Made by a program: the position numbers and the translations under genes. Positions 1 through 9,399 of a DNA stretch of 64,000 nt are shown here, in pieces (the stretch's first letter is position 1; the number at the start of each line of letters is the position of its first letter). Source of the DNA: Bacillota bacterium (GTDB lineage Bacteria > Bacillota > JAAYKD01); the NCBI GenBank assembly GCA_963666425.2, contig OY762825.2, forward strand, positions 1,312,001 through 1,376,000, given 5' to 3'. A model generated the notes under the pieces. It was not told where the DNA came from, made no database searches, and saw only the letters and a program-made list of their open reading frames with translations.

Positions 1-57
1 TACCATGCTGGTAGGCGCGCCGCCTTCGAAAATTACGGCTGTCACAGGATGACTCAT
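1..57 (-). CDS. 5' end of an unidentified gene running off the window (MSHPVTAVIFEGGAPTSMV...)
   Basis: ATG at 57-55 with AGGAG RBS upstream and a sigmaH-like promoter at 189-215; frame open to the window edge. Confidence 0.65.
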   Translation of the reverse strand, partial: MSHPVTAVIFEGGAPTSMV

Positions 58-259
58 TTGTATCTCTCCTTCGTATTCAAGCTGCTTTGATCGGCGTAAT
101 TTTCGCGGCCGGCAGCATTGCCTTGGCGTCGGTTTCATTATATTCTGCTTGTTCTTTTGCTCATTGGAAAAATAACTGACTTTATTTGTTCGTCACGTCC
201 GGTATAATCTCCTGCAATCCTTTCGCAGCGCTTTCGATGGCAGAGAAAAAAGCGCTGCG

Positions 260-727
260 CTAAGCTAATTCGTAAACCAAACCGACGGCAGACAGAGGGG
301 GACTGAACTGCAGCGTCCCCTTGACTTCCCGTCGAAATTGAAACTGAAAACTTTCATAGAGAGCAATGGCGGGAGAATTCCCCGCCAGCACACATACCCG
401 CAGAGGCCGTTTGGTTCGGTTGATGATCCAGAGCAATAAGATTCGCGCCAAGCCCTGTCGATAACGCTGCGGCTGGATATAAAGCCAGGTCAGCTCCTGT
501 GCCGCCACTGCGGCAAAACCGACCGGCTGATTCGCTTCCGTAATCACCCAGACTTCACCCGTAAACAATTTCTCCGTCTCATAACAGTCTGCTAGGTGAA
601 GAAAACCCTTCTCGAGACCGCAGCGTAACAGCTCGTCCCGGCGGGCAGCATCATAAATCGCGGTGAGATACACCCAATCGGACGCTTGGTAGCGTCGGAC
701 AGCGGGTGCCGGGCTTGGTTTGATCAT
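260..727 (-). CDS. GNAT family N-acetyltransferase
   Basis: LYIQPQRYRQGLARILL acetyl-CoA motif and NSPAIALYE; start uncertain (727 preferred, ORF open to 796). Confidence 0.75.
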   Translation of the reverse strand: MIKPSPAPAVRRYQASDWVYLTAIYDAARRDELLRCGLEKGFLHLADCYETEKLFTGEVWVITEANQPVGFAAVAAQELTWLYIQPQRYRQGLARILLLWIINRTKRPLRVCVLAGNSPAIALYESFQFQFRREVKGTLQFSPPLSAVGLVYELA

Positions 728-767
728 TCCTAACGGTTGTCCGCAGCCGCTTTGGTCAGGGGGCAGC

Positions 768-1958
768 CTACTCATTTTCTGGGCGAAGCAGCTCACTTAA
801 TTTGGACAGACACCGCAGAGCTTCCGCTAAAACTTCTAAATCACGGGCAAAATGCAATCGGATCAAATGATTCACCGGCTCCTGAAAGAAGCTGGAGCCC
901 GGAACTGCCGCAACGCCAATCTCTCGAATCATCCATTCGCAAAAGGCCAAATCACTCCAACCGGTAAATTGGGGCAGCGCCAGAAAATCAGCAATATCCA
1001 CCAGGATAAAATAAGTGCCCTGCGGAAGATTATGTTTCAATCCGATGCGGTCTAATCCACCGCTGAAAAAATCACGTTTTTCGGTGTAAATGCGCTGCAG
1101 CTCCTGATAATAATCCGGTCCAAAACCCAAGCCAACCGTTGCCGCCTCCTGCAGCGGAGCCGGCGCGCCGACCGTCAGGAAATCATGCACCTTCTTGGCG
1201 GCTTCGACCACTGCTGCCGGTCCGATCAGATAACCCAACCGCCAGCCGGTCATGGAATAGGTCTTGGATAAGGAATTGCAGGTGATCGTTCGCTCAAACA
1301 TTCCGGGTAAAGAGGACAGGTAGACATGCTGAAAAGGCTGATAGACGATATGCTCGTAAACCTCGTCTGTGATGATAAACGCATCATACTGTTCCGCCAG
1401 CCGTCCGATCAGCAGCAGCTCTTCCTTCGTGAAAACCTTGCCGCAGGGATTGGATGGATTGCAGACGATGATCGCTTTGACATTCTGACGGAAGGCCTGT
1501 TCCAATTGTTCCGGGTCAAAACGGTATTCCGGCGGAGTCAGGGCGACATAAATCGGTTCGGCTCCGCTGAGAATGGCATCGACCGCATAATTTTCGTAAA
1601 ACGGCGAAAAAACGATCACCTTATCACCGGGATTACAAACCGTCATCATGGCAGCCATCATCGCTTCTGTGCTGCCGCAGGTAATGACGATCTCTGTTTC
1701 CGGATCAATGACACGGCCGATGGCTGCGCTTTGTTTTTTTGCTACAGCATCCCGTAAATTTTTAGCGCCAAAAGTGATGGAATATTGATGCGGGCCTTGT
1801 ATGGCAGCCTCAGCCAGAGCCGCCTTAATCGCCTGATCCGGACCAAAATCCGGAAAGCCTTGGGATAAATTGATTGCATCACATTCATCACTGATGCGAG
1901 TGACTCTGCGAATCACAGAATCGGTAAACGTAGCGACTCGTCTGCTTAATTGCGGCAT
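768..1958 (-). CDS. Class I/II PLP-dependent aminotransferase
   Basis: INLSQGFPDF, NPSNPCG, DEVY and SLSKTYSMTGWRLG (PLP lysine); start MPQLSRR after GAAGGA. Confidence 0.92.
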   Translation of the reverse strand: MPQLSRRVATFTDSVIRRVTRISDECDAINLSQGFPDFGPDQAIKAALAEAAIQGPHQYSITFGAKNLRDAVAKKQSAAIGRVIDPETEIVITCGSTEAMMAAMMTVCNPGDKVIVFSPFYENYAVDAILSGAEPIYVALTPPEYRFDPEQLEQAFRQNVKAIIVCNPSNPCGKVFTKEELLLIGRLAEQYDAFIITDEVYEHIVYQPFQHVYLSSLPGMFERTITCNSLSKTYSMTGWRLGYLIGPAAVVEAAKKVHDFLTVGAPAPLQEAATVGLGFGPDYYQELQRIYTEKRDFFSGGLDRIGLKHNLPQGTYFILVDIADFLALPQFTGWSDLAFCEWMIREIGVAAVPGSSFFQEPVNHLIRLHFARDLEVLAEALRCLSKLSELLRPENE

Positions 1959-2037
1959 CGTAATTCCTTCTTTCTGCCCATTCTTTCTGATTTCTGTTCG
2001 GGAAAGTCCTTCTTTTCTCTCTATGCGTCTCGTATTC

Positions 2038-2487
2038 CTACCTGTCTGATGATTTGCTGCCGGCATTTTTCAGCAGCCAGATAATCGCCTCTCGATAGCC
2101 GGCAAAACCAAGTCCCTGAAAGCTGGCTGCACAAGCCATGCCGGCATAGGAAATCTGCCGAAACGCTTCCCGCTGGTCAATCTGTGTCAGATGCACTTCC
2201 ACTGCGGGTAACCCCACCGCTTTCAGCGCATCCAAAATGGCAATGCTGGTGTGCGTATAGGCGCCTGGGTTGATCACGATGCCGTCACAACATCCATCGG
2301 CCTGCTGGATGACATCGACCAAGTCGCCTTCGTGATTGGATTGATAAAGCTCGACACTGATTTGATTTTCCGAACAGACGCTGCGGATATAGGCGAGTAA
2401 ATCGGCATAAGTCTGCCTGCCGTAAATTTCCGGTTCGCGGCGACCCAATAGATTGAGATTAGGGCCGTTGATGACTAAAATGTGCAT
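2038..2487 (-). CDS. aroQ: Type II 3-dehydroquinate dehydratase
   Basis: INGPNLNLLGRREPEIYG, QSNHEG, INPGAYTHTS, EVHL. Confidence 0.96.
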   Translation of the reverse strand: MHILVINGPNLNLLGRREPEIYGRQTYADLLAYIRSVCSENQISVELYQSNHEGDLVDVIQQADGCCDGIVINPGAYTHTSIAILDALKAVGLPAVEVHLTQIDQREAFRQISYAGMACAASFQGLGFAGYREAIIWLLKNAGSKSSDR

Positions 2488-4150
2488 CAAAATACTCCTT
2501 CGCTAAATTGACTGCAGCGGCTAAACTGCCGTTGTTATCCACTAAGACTAGAGCGATATCCTGATAAATCGGCGCTCTGACTGCATACATTTGCGTCAAG
2601 GCGGCTTCGCTCAAGGAGAGCGGTCGGCCCTCCCGGCTCAATTTAGCCAGATCACGCTGCAGCCAGACCAAATAGCCGTTTTGCTGCAGGGCATTGCGGT
2701 TCTGCTGCCGCAGGACGGAGCCGCCGCCGGTGGCAATCACACAGCCGCTGACCTTGCCCAGACGCTCGATCACATTGGTCTCGATATCGCGGAATTCTGC
2801 TTCTCCTTTGTCAGCGATCAATTGTGCCACCGACATTCCCTGTTCCTCTTCGATCCTTTCATCGCTGTCAAAAAAGGTTCGCTGCATTTTTTCAGCCAGC
2901 AGGCGGCCAACACTGGTTTTACCGCAGCCGGGCATGCCGATCAGAATCAGATTGCTCAGGCTATGGCGCATCTGTTGCAGAATCTGCTCCATTTTCTGCT
3001 CGCTGATCGCCGATTGGCTGAATAATTCCGCTGCGGCTTTCGCTTGAGCAACCAACATCGGCAGCCCGTTGGTCAACGGGATCCGCAGCTGCCGCGCCTG
3101 TAAAAGCAAATCGGTGGCCAAAGGATTATAGATGACATCAATCACACCCCGGCAATTGGGAAATTGACGCAAATCCAGCAGTCTGGTTCCATTGTTGGGA
3201 AATGTTCCGACCGGCGTCGTATTGATAATCACCTCGGTATCCCGCTGCGCAGCCAAATTCTGATAATGAATGGGTCCACTGCGGGAGACATGGCAGATCC
3301 GACTGGCGCCGGAATCCTCTGCCAGCATATGTGCCGTGCGGGAAGTAGCGCCGGTCCCCAAGATCAGCACTTTACGCCCCTGCAAGCGAATACCGGCCTG
3401 CTGTTTGCAGTATTCTAAACCGGCGTAATCGGTATTATGTCCATAGAGACTGCCGTCATCCCGACGATAAATAGTATTCACCGCGTTGATTCTCTGCGCC
3501 AATGGAGATACTTCCCGACAAAATTCCATCACGCTCTGCTTATAAGGGATCGTTACATTCAGGCCGCGAAATTCTGCTTTTTGCATGAATTCCTGCAGTT
3601 GTTCGGGAGGGATATCAAACAATTGGTAACCATACGCCGCCAGCTGCCGGTGAATCATCGGAGAATGACTGTGATGCAGATGGTAACCCAATAAGCCGAA
3701 GGGAGCCTTGCTCTCAGCGAGAGGCTGCTCGGCCGGCATCGATCGTTCTTCTCTGCCGGTGGGCTGCTCGATTAACACCGCTGCAAGCTTCGCTATTTCT
3801 GCCTCTTGGTTTTGTTCTTCCGCAGCTGTATCCTGTGCTTCTGCCGCTTGGTCTGGCAGCGCCTGCATCGTCTCTTGCTCCGAATTCTTTTGCTGCAGCG
3901 TTTGCTGATAAGCACGGCTCAAGCTGAAAATCGTTTCATACAGCGCGGCAATCCCAGCGGCACAATCGGGCTCCTGCGCTTTGGTCAGGCGCTCAACAAC
4001 ATTGGCTTCCCGGGCAGGATCGAATACAGGCAGTTGTCTCGCTTGTTTATAAGCGGCAATCGCTGCGACAATTTCCATCCGCCGGCAAAAAAGCGCGGTC
4101 AGCGTATCGTCAATCTCATTCAATTGTTTGCGATAAGTTTCCAGATCCAT
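2459..4150 (-). CDS. Trifunctional chorismate mutase / shikimate dehydrogenase / shikimate kinase fusion
   Basis: N-terminal AroQ-class CM (LETYRKQLNEID...RM...K...DPARE); AroE (HSHSP, NVTIPYK, NTD, GTGAT); AroK (GMPGCGKT, GEAEFRD, ATGGG, RPL); start MDLETY after GGAGGA. Confidence 0.9.
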   Translation of the reverse strand: MDLETYRKQLNEIDDTLTALFCRRMEIVAAIAAYKQARQLPVFDPAREANVVERLTKAQEPDCAAGIAALYETIFSLSRAYQQTLQQKNSEQETMQALPDQAAEAQDTAAEEQNQEAEIAKLAAVLIEQPTGREERSMPAEQPLAESKAPFGLLGYHLHHSHSPMIHRQLAAYGYQLFDIPPEQLQEFMQKAEFRGLNVTIPYKQSVMEFCREVSPLAQRINAVNTIYRRDDGSLYGHNTDYAGLEYCKQQAGIRLQGRKVLILGTGATSRTAHMLAEDSGASRICHVSRSGPIHYQNLAAQRDTEVIINTTPVGTFPNNGTRLLDLRQFPNCRGVIDVIYNPLATDLLLQARQLRIPLTNGLPMLVAQAKAAAELFSQSAISEQKMEQILQQMRHSLSNLILIGMPGCGKTSVGRLLAEKMQRTFFDSDERIEEEQGMSVAQLIADKGEAEFRDIETNVIERLGKVSGCVIATGGGSVLRQQNRNALQQNGYLVWLQRDLAKLSREGRPLSLSEAALTQMYAVRAPIYQDIALVLVDNNGSLAAAVNLAKEYFDAHFSHQRP

Positions 4151-4206
4151 TTTATCCTCCCACTCTTGCTTTGCTGCAGGTGAAGCAAACCCGCTCTGCC
4201 GGGCTG

Positions 4207-5334
4207 TCAGCGAAGCTCCTGGCGCAGAGGTTTCCCGCGTTCCGCTTGATGACCTTGATCTGCTAAGAGATAATCCAACAGTACCGCGGCCAGCACCGAT
4301 TCCACACAAGGTGTTGCCCGCAAGGCGATGCAGGGATCATGCCGGCCGGAGATGGTCAAAACAGTATTCGTTCCCGTCTGCAGATCGACCGTTTGCTGCG
4401 GCTGCGCGATGGAGGCGGTCGGTTTGAAGGCAACCCGAACCAGGAGCGGCATGCCGGTAGTAATGCCGCCAAGCACGCCGCCGTGATGATTGCCGGCGGT
4501 CACAACCTTGCCTTCCTGCATGCACCAGGGATCGTTATGCTCAGAACCACGCATTCTGGCTGCGGAAAAACCGCTGCCAAACTCCACGCCGCGTACGGCC
4601 GGGATCGCAAACAAGGCTGCGGCCAGGCGGCTCTCGATTCCGTCGAAGATCGGATTGCCCCAGCCGCCCGGTAAACCGACGGCTGCAGCTTCAATCACAC
4701 CACCAACGGAATCTCCTTCGGCAGCGGCCTGCCGGACCTGCTGCAGCATGGCGCTGCCGGCTGCAATATCACAAAACGGCATTTGCTGACGCTGCAGCTG
4801 CGCTAATTGTTCTGCCGTCACCAGCACCGGAGAAAGCGGCTGATCCGCCGCATTGCCGATGGCGGCGATATGGCCGCCGATTGTAATGCCGTGCCGCTGC
4901 AAAATCTGCAAAGCAACCGCACCGGCAAAACAAAGCGGCGCCGTCAGGCGGCCGGAAAAATGACCGCCGCCCCGCAGATCCTGAAAATTATGATAACGTA
5001 AAAAAGCGGGATAATCGGCCTGAGAAGGCCGCGGATAGCGGCGAAATTGCTCATAATCCGCTGATTTGACATCCTGATTGCGGAAAATTGCACATAGAGG
5101 CGCTCCACAGGTCGTCTGATCCAGCAAACCGCTGAGGATCTCGGGCAGGTCGCTCTCGCTGCGGGCAGAAGTCAGCTCTGTTTGTCCGGGCGAGCGACGC
5201 CGTAGGAAGTTTTGTACCTGCTGCCAATCGATCTGTTCTCCGGCCGGTAAGCCATCCATCACAACCCCCACCGCCGTGCCGTGTGATTGACCAAAAATAC
5301 TGATGCGCAATAACTTGCCAAACTCAGAGGACAT
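4207..5334 (-). CDS. aroC: Chorismate synthase
   Basis: FGQSHG, GGGHFSGR, KPTASI, GRHDPC; start MSSEFG after GGAGG. Confidence 0.96.
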   Translation of the reverse strand: MSSEFGKLLRISIFGQSHGTAVGVVMDGLPAGEQIDWQQVQNFLRRRSPGQTELTSARSESDLPEILSGLLDQTTCGAPLCAIFRNQDVKSADYEQFRRYPRPSQADYPAFLRYHNFQDLRGGGHFSGRLTAPLCFAGAVALQILQRHGITIGGHIAAIGNAADQPLSPVLVTAEQLAQLQRQQMPFCDIAAGSAMLQQVRQAAAEGDSVGGVIEAAAVGLPGGWGNPIFDGIESRLAAALFAIPAVRGVEFGSGFSAARMRGSEHNDPWCMQEGKVVTAGNHHGGVLGGITTGMPLLVRVAFKPTASIAQPQQTVDLQTGTNTVLTISGRHDPCIALRATPCVESVLAAVLLDYLLADQGHQAERGKPLRQELR

Positions 5335-6598
5335 CGTATTTACCTCCCAATGCCGCATAATCCAAAAAGAAATCCGGATAAGATTTTTCGATCGCCTGCG
5401 CGGATTGAATCGTCACACAGTTTTGCGCAAAACAAGCCGCGATCGCCGCTGCCATCACCATGCGGTGGTCCGCGTAGCTATTGACCAGACCACCTGTTAA
5501 AAAACCCCGGCCGGCAATACAGAGCGTATCACCGTCGTCTGCTAAAAAAGCTCTGCCGCCCAGCGCTGCCAGCATCTCGAGGATTGCCTGCAGACGATCG
5601 CTTTCTTTCAGGCGCAGCCGTCTGACATGCTGCAGGCGGCTCTCTCCCTCAGCGGTGGCGGCAAGTACAGCGAGCAGCGGCACCAAATCGGGGATTTGCG
5701 CCGTATCAGCCGTGAAGGGCCGCAGCTTTTCCCGCCTCGCTGTCACCAGATTGGATTTTAGGTTTATGTTGACGCCGGCAGACTGCAGCAGGGTTGTAAT
5801 TGCCCGGTCTCCCTGTGCAGAAGTCAGGTTCAAACCACGCACGTGAATTCCTGTCTGGCTGCAAGCGCCGCCTACCAACCAGCAGGCCGCGTTGGACCAA
5901 TCCCCTTCCACTGCGACCCAACCGGGAGAATGATAGCTTTGTCCGCCGCTGATCTGATACCCATGCGGCAAGCGTTGAATCCGCACACCAAATTGAGCCA
6001 TAACGGCGATGGTCAAGTCAACGTAACCGGCCGATTCCAGCGGTGTCGTCAATTCAATGCGACTGTCTTGGGACAGCAAAGGCAGAGCCAGTAAGAGTCC
6101 GCTGATATATTGGGAGCTGATATTGCCGGGTAAATAAAAATCACCCGGCTGCAGCTGACCGCTTAAAGTAAAAGGCAGCGCATCTTGACTGAAAGCACAG
6201 CCATACCGGCTCATTTGCTGCTGCAGATCCGCCAACGGGCGCTGCGGTAATCTGCCTTCTCCCGAAAAATCAGCCGTTACGCCCAACGCCGCGGCCAAAG
6301 GCAGGAGAAAGCGCAGGGTTGTGCCGCTTTCCTGACAAGGCAGCGCAGCCGAACGGACAGACGGATTCTGCCGCAGCGGTGTAACACGCAAACTATCCGG
6401 CTCCGTTTGTTCAAATCGAGCACCGAGATTTACCAGACACAGCAAAGTGGCTGTCAAATCACGATTGCTGCCGTTAAGACGCAATGAAGTTGGCTGGTCC
6501 GCCAGTGCCGCCGCGATCAGGCAGCGATGCGCCGCGGATTTGGAAGGGATTGCCGCCAGTTCGCCGCTCAGGCTGTGCGGTTCGATTCGTATCTCCAT
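5324..6598 (-). CDS. aroA: EPSP synthase
   Basis: PSKSAAHR, ESGTTLR, SSQYISG, LRLKESDR, DHRM, KSYP. Confidence 0.96.
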   Translation of the reverse strand: MEIRIEPHSLSGELAAIPSKSAAHRCLIAAALADQPTSLRLNGSNRDLTATLLCLVNLGARFEQTEPDSLRVTPLRQNPSVRSAALPCQESGTTLRFLLPLAAALGVTADFSGEGRLPQRPLADLQQQMSRYGCAFSQDALPFTLSGQLQPGDFYLPGNISSQYISGLLLALPLLSQDSRIELTTPLESAGYVDLTIAVMAQFGVRIQRLPHGYQISGGQSYHSPGWVAVEGDWSNAACWLVGGACSQTGIHVRGLNLTSAQGDRAITTLLQSAGVNINLKSNLVTARREKLRPFTADTAQIPDLVPLLAVLAATAEGESRLQHVRRLRLKESDRLQAILEMLAALGGRAFLADDGDTLCIAGRGFLTGGLVNSYADHRMVMAAAIAACFAQNCVTIQSAQAIEKSYPDFFLDYAALGGKYDVL

Positions 6599-6662
6599 CT
6601 GGATCCTCCTGCTTTTTTATCACCCGCGCTAAAAAACGAAAAGGCCAAAAACCTGATGAATT

Positions 6663-7730
6663 TTACTCACTCTCCGTCAGGGCAGCCTGCAGCCACTCTT
6701 CCAGTTCCGTCATGGCAATTTGATGTAAACAGCATTGCCCGATTTGCATCGGTAAAACCAAGGTCAGACGATCCCCGCTGCGCTTTTTATCGTGCAGAGC
6801 AGCGGCAGCCAGTTGTGCTGCCGTATAAGGATAACGCAGCGGCAATTGCTGCAGCTGCAGCAAGTCGGTCAATTCCTGAAGCAGCTCCGGCGCACAGATG
6901 TGCTGCTGCACTGCCGCTTTGCTGATCAGCCACATCCCGGCAGCGACCGCATGACCGTGACCGATCGTGTAATTGCTGCAGCTTTCAATGGCATGCCCAA
7001 TCGTATGACCAAAATTCAGCAACTGCCGCCGCCCCGCCTCCCGTTCGTCTGCCATGACGATCTCCGCCTTGATTTCCACACAGCGGGCAATGATTTCCTG
7101 CCATTGCTCAGCTTGGTTTTGGGCGGACAAACGCCGAAAAAGCGGTGCATCCGCGATCAAAGCGGTTTTAATCACTTCCGCCAAACCGTCGCGCCAAACG
7201 GCAGCGGGTAGGCTGATAAAGGTATCGGTGTCACAAAAAACCGCTTTGGGCTGCCAAAAGGCACCAACCAAATTCTTGCCTGCCGGCAAATTTATCGCCG
7301 TTTTGCCTCCTACCGAGGAATCGACCGCCGCCAGTAAAGTGGTAGGCAGTTGGATATAGTCGATGCCGCGCATGTAGAGAGCGGCGGCGAAACCCGCTAA
7401 ATCGCCGGTCACTCCGCCGCCCAACGCCAGCACCGCGTCATGGCGATTCAGCTCCGCCGCGGCCATCGAGTTGAGCAAGCGAAATAAAACCTCTGCGGAT
7501 TTGGCAGACTCTCCCGCTGAAAAAACAAATTGCTCACAAGAGAAGCCGGCTGCCCGCAGCCGATGCAGCAATTCGGCACCATAGAGCTGATTTACCGTCG
7601 TATCACAGACCAGCATCAGCTTTCGGCCGGAAAACGTTTGCCCCAGATAAGCCGGTAGATCTGCCAATAAACCGGAACCGATATAAACCGGATAAGCAGG
7701 CTTGGTTTGGATGCTGATTTTATTGATCAT
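6663..7730 (-). CDS. aroB: 3-dehydroquinate synthase
   Basis: GGGVTGDLAGF, PTTLLAAVDSSVGGKT, LNFGHTIGHAIE. Confidence 0.96.
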   Translation of the reverse strand: MINKISIQTKPAYPVYIGSGLLADLPAYLGQTFSGRKLMLVCDTTVNQLYGAELLHRLRAAGFSCEQFVFSAGESAKSAEVLFRLLNSMAAAELNRHDAVLALGGGVTGDLAGFAAALYMRGIDYIQLPTTLLAAVDSSVGGKTAINLPAGKNLVGAFWQPKAVFCDTDTFISLPAAVWRDGLAEVIKTALIADAPLFRRLSAQNQAEQWQEIIARCVEIKAEIVMADEREAGRRQLLNFGHTIGHAIESCSNYTIGHGHAVAAGMWLISKAAVQQHICAPELLQELTDLLQLQQLPLRYPYTAAQLAAAALHDKKRSGDRLTLVLPMQIGQCCLHQIAMTELEEWLQAALTESE

Positions 7731-8580
7731 CTGCCAACCTCGTCTGCTTCCCTGTCACACTGCGCAGCTGCGTCAGTGCAGCCATCAGTTGACGAAATTC
7801 GTCCGGGTTCAAGCTTTGTTCGCCATCACTCAGTGCCTGCTCCGGATCCGGATGCATCTCCAGCAGCAAACCATCCGCACCGGCCGCGGCAGCCGCCAAA
7901 GACATCGGTAAGACCAGACTTCGGATGCCGGTGCCATGGCTGGGATCCACGATGACAGGTAGGTGACTCAGTTTTTTTAATAAGGGAACCGCTGCCAAAT
8001 CGAGCGTGTTGCGCGTGATCGTATCATAGGTCCGGATGCCGCGCTCACAAAGAATCACATTTGGATTTCCGCCCGCCAGCAGGTATTCGGCGCTGAAGAG
8101 CAGTTCCTGCAGGGTCGCACTCAAACCGCGTTTGAGTAAAATCGGCTGCCGGCAGGCTGCCAGCGCCTGGAGCAGCGCATAGTTCTGCATATTGCGCGTG
8201 CCGACCTGCAGCACATCCACCGCAGCAAAAAAAGGAATTTGCTCTGCGGCTGTGATCTCGCTGACCACCGGCAAACCCTGGCTCCTGCCGGCAGCCACCA
8301 GCATGGCGATGCCTTTCTCACCGATGCCCTGATAACTATACGGTAAGGTTCTCGGTTTATAAACACCGCCGCGCAGCAGTCCGGCTCCGGCTGACCGGAC
8401 CACCCCGGCCGCTACACTGATTTGAGTGGCTGACTCCACCGCGCAGGGACCGCCAATCACCGCAAAATGACCGCCACCGAACGCCGTTCGGCCAATGCGG
8501 ATGACTGTGTCGGCTTGCTGCGGTTTTCTTCCGGCCAGCGGGTAGCAATCGGCAATCTGCCGCAAATCATTCTCATTCAT
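7720..8580 (-). CDS. aroF: DAHP synthase, class I-beta (short form)
   Basis: GGPCAVES, KPRT, GTRNMQN, LKRG, CERGIRT, DPSHGTG; start MNENDL after AAGGGAG. Confidence 0.93.
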   Translation of the reverse strand: MNENDLRQIADCYPLAGRKPQQADTVIRIGRTAFGGGHFAVIGGPCAVESATQISVAAGVVRSAGAGLLRGGVYKPRTLPYSYQGIGEKGIAMLVAAGRSQGLPVVSEITAAEQIPFFAAVDVLQVGTRNMQNYALLQALAACRQPILLKRGLSATLQELLFSAEYLLAGGNPNVILCERGIRTYDTITRNTLDLAAVPLLKKLSHLPVIVDPSHGTGIRSLVLPMSLAAAAAGADGLLLEMHPDPEQALSDGEQSLNPDEFRQLMAALTQLRSVTGKQTRLADDQ

Positions 8581-8610
8581 AAGTGCACTCCCTTTGGCAC
8601 AAAATTCATA

Positions 8611-8650
8611 TAAAAGACAGCCTTGCAATGAAAACCACTGCCAGGCTGCC
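8611..8650 (-). terminator. Terminator-like hairpin in the aroF leader
   Basis: GGCAGCCTGGCA-loop-TGCAAGGCTGTC followed by TTTT on the minus strand. Confidence 0.55.
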
Positions 8651-8750
8651 CAAATTTCCTGAGAAACCGTCTCATTCTCTGCTTTTCATCGCATGCTACC
8701 CTGTTCGTTACCGCACAGTGAAATTCCTTTGCTTCCCAGCCTGAAAGGAA

Positions 8751-9347
8751 TCAATAGCCCAATTCTTCATCGATCAGAATGATTTCATAATGCGCCACCC
8801 CATTGGGCTTGCGTTCAAAAATCGAGGTTACCTTACAGATGCGGCCCGGACTGTCGCAGTCATAACACTTGTCCGCCTTCACCGCACAAGGGGTAGCACA
8901 GTGCAGACGCTGCGCGTTGAGCGGAGCCGCGATATTTTTTGCTCGCCAAAGCGCTTGACTCAAATCAGCTACGACTTTATTTTTGCCAACCACCAAATAA
9001 ACGCTCTGAGAACCGAAAATCGTACCGGCGACCCGGTTGCCGGAGCCGTCAATATTGACCCATTCTCCCGTTTCCGCCATGCCATTGACGCTGGCGATAT
9101 AAACTTGAGCCGTTCTGGCAGGCAGCAAGGCTGCAGAAGTCTGCGTCCAATGCCACAGCACACAATTCTTCACCGCCAGTGCCTGATCTAAACCCATTTG
9201 TTTTGTGGTCATCGAGCCGCCGAAAGCGACTGTTTTACCTTGAATTTGTTCTGTCAGGTAAGCGGTCGCTGCTTCTTTGTTGGCAAACAAGGAAACCTGA
9301 TAACCTCTTTTAATCAGATTTTCCCGGGTTGTTTCTAAATTTGCCAT
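8751..9347 (-). CDS. LUD/LutC-domain (lactate utilisation family) protein
   Basis: VAFGGSMT, NIDGSGNRV, VGKNK and C-terminal TPC...CYDC.SP.RIC; start MANLE after AAGGAG. Confidence 0.8.
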   Translation of the reverse strand: MANLETTRENLIKRGYQVSLFANKEAATAYLTEQIQGKTVAFGGSMTTKQMGLDQALAVKNCVLWHWTQTSAALLPARTAQVYIASVNGMAETGEWVNIDGSGNRVAGTIFGSQSVYLVVGKNKVVADLSQALWRAKNIAAPLNAQRLHCATPCAVKADKCYDCDSPGRICKVTSIFERKPNGVAHYEIILIDEELGY

Positions 9348-9399
9348 TTTTTCTCCTTCTTTCTTATTGGTCAATCCTGGCAATTTTGCCTGCTCTTGC

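Noticed and set aside
4151-4309. N-terminal extensions in the ORF track (also 8751-9491, 17560, 25208, 38116, 41732, 56546)
   Set aside because: Downstream starts have clear RBSs, and the extensions cross neighbouring genes, terminators or promoters
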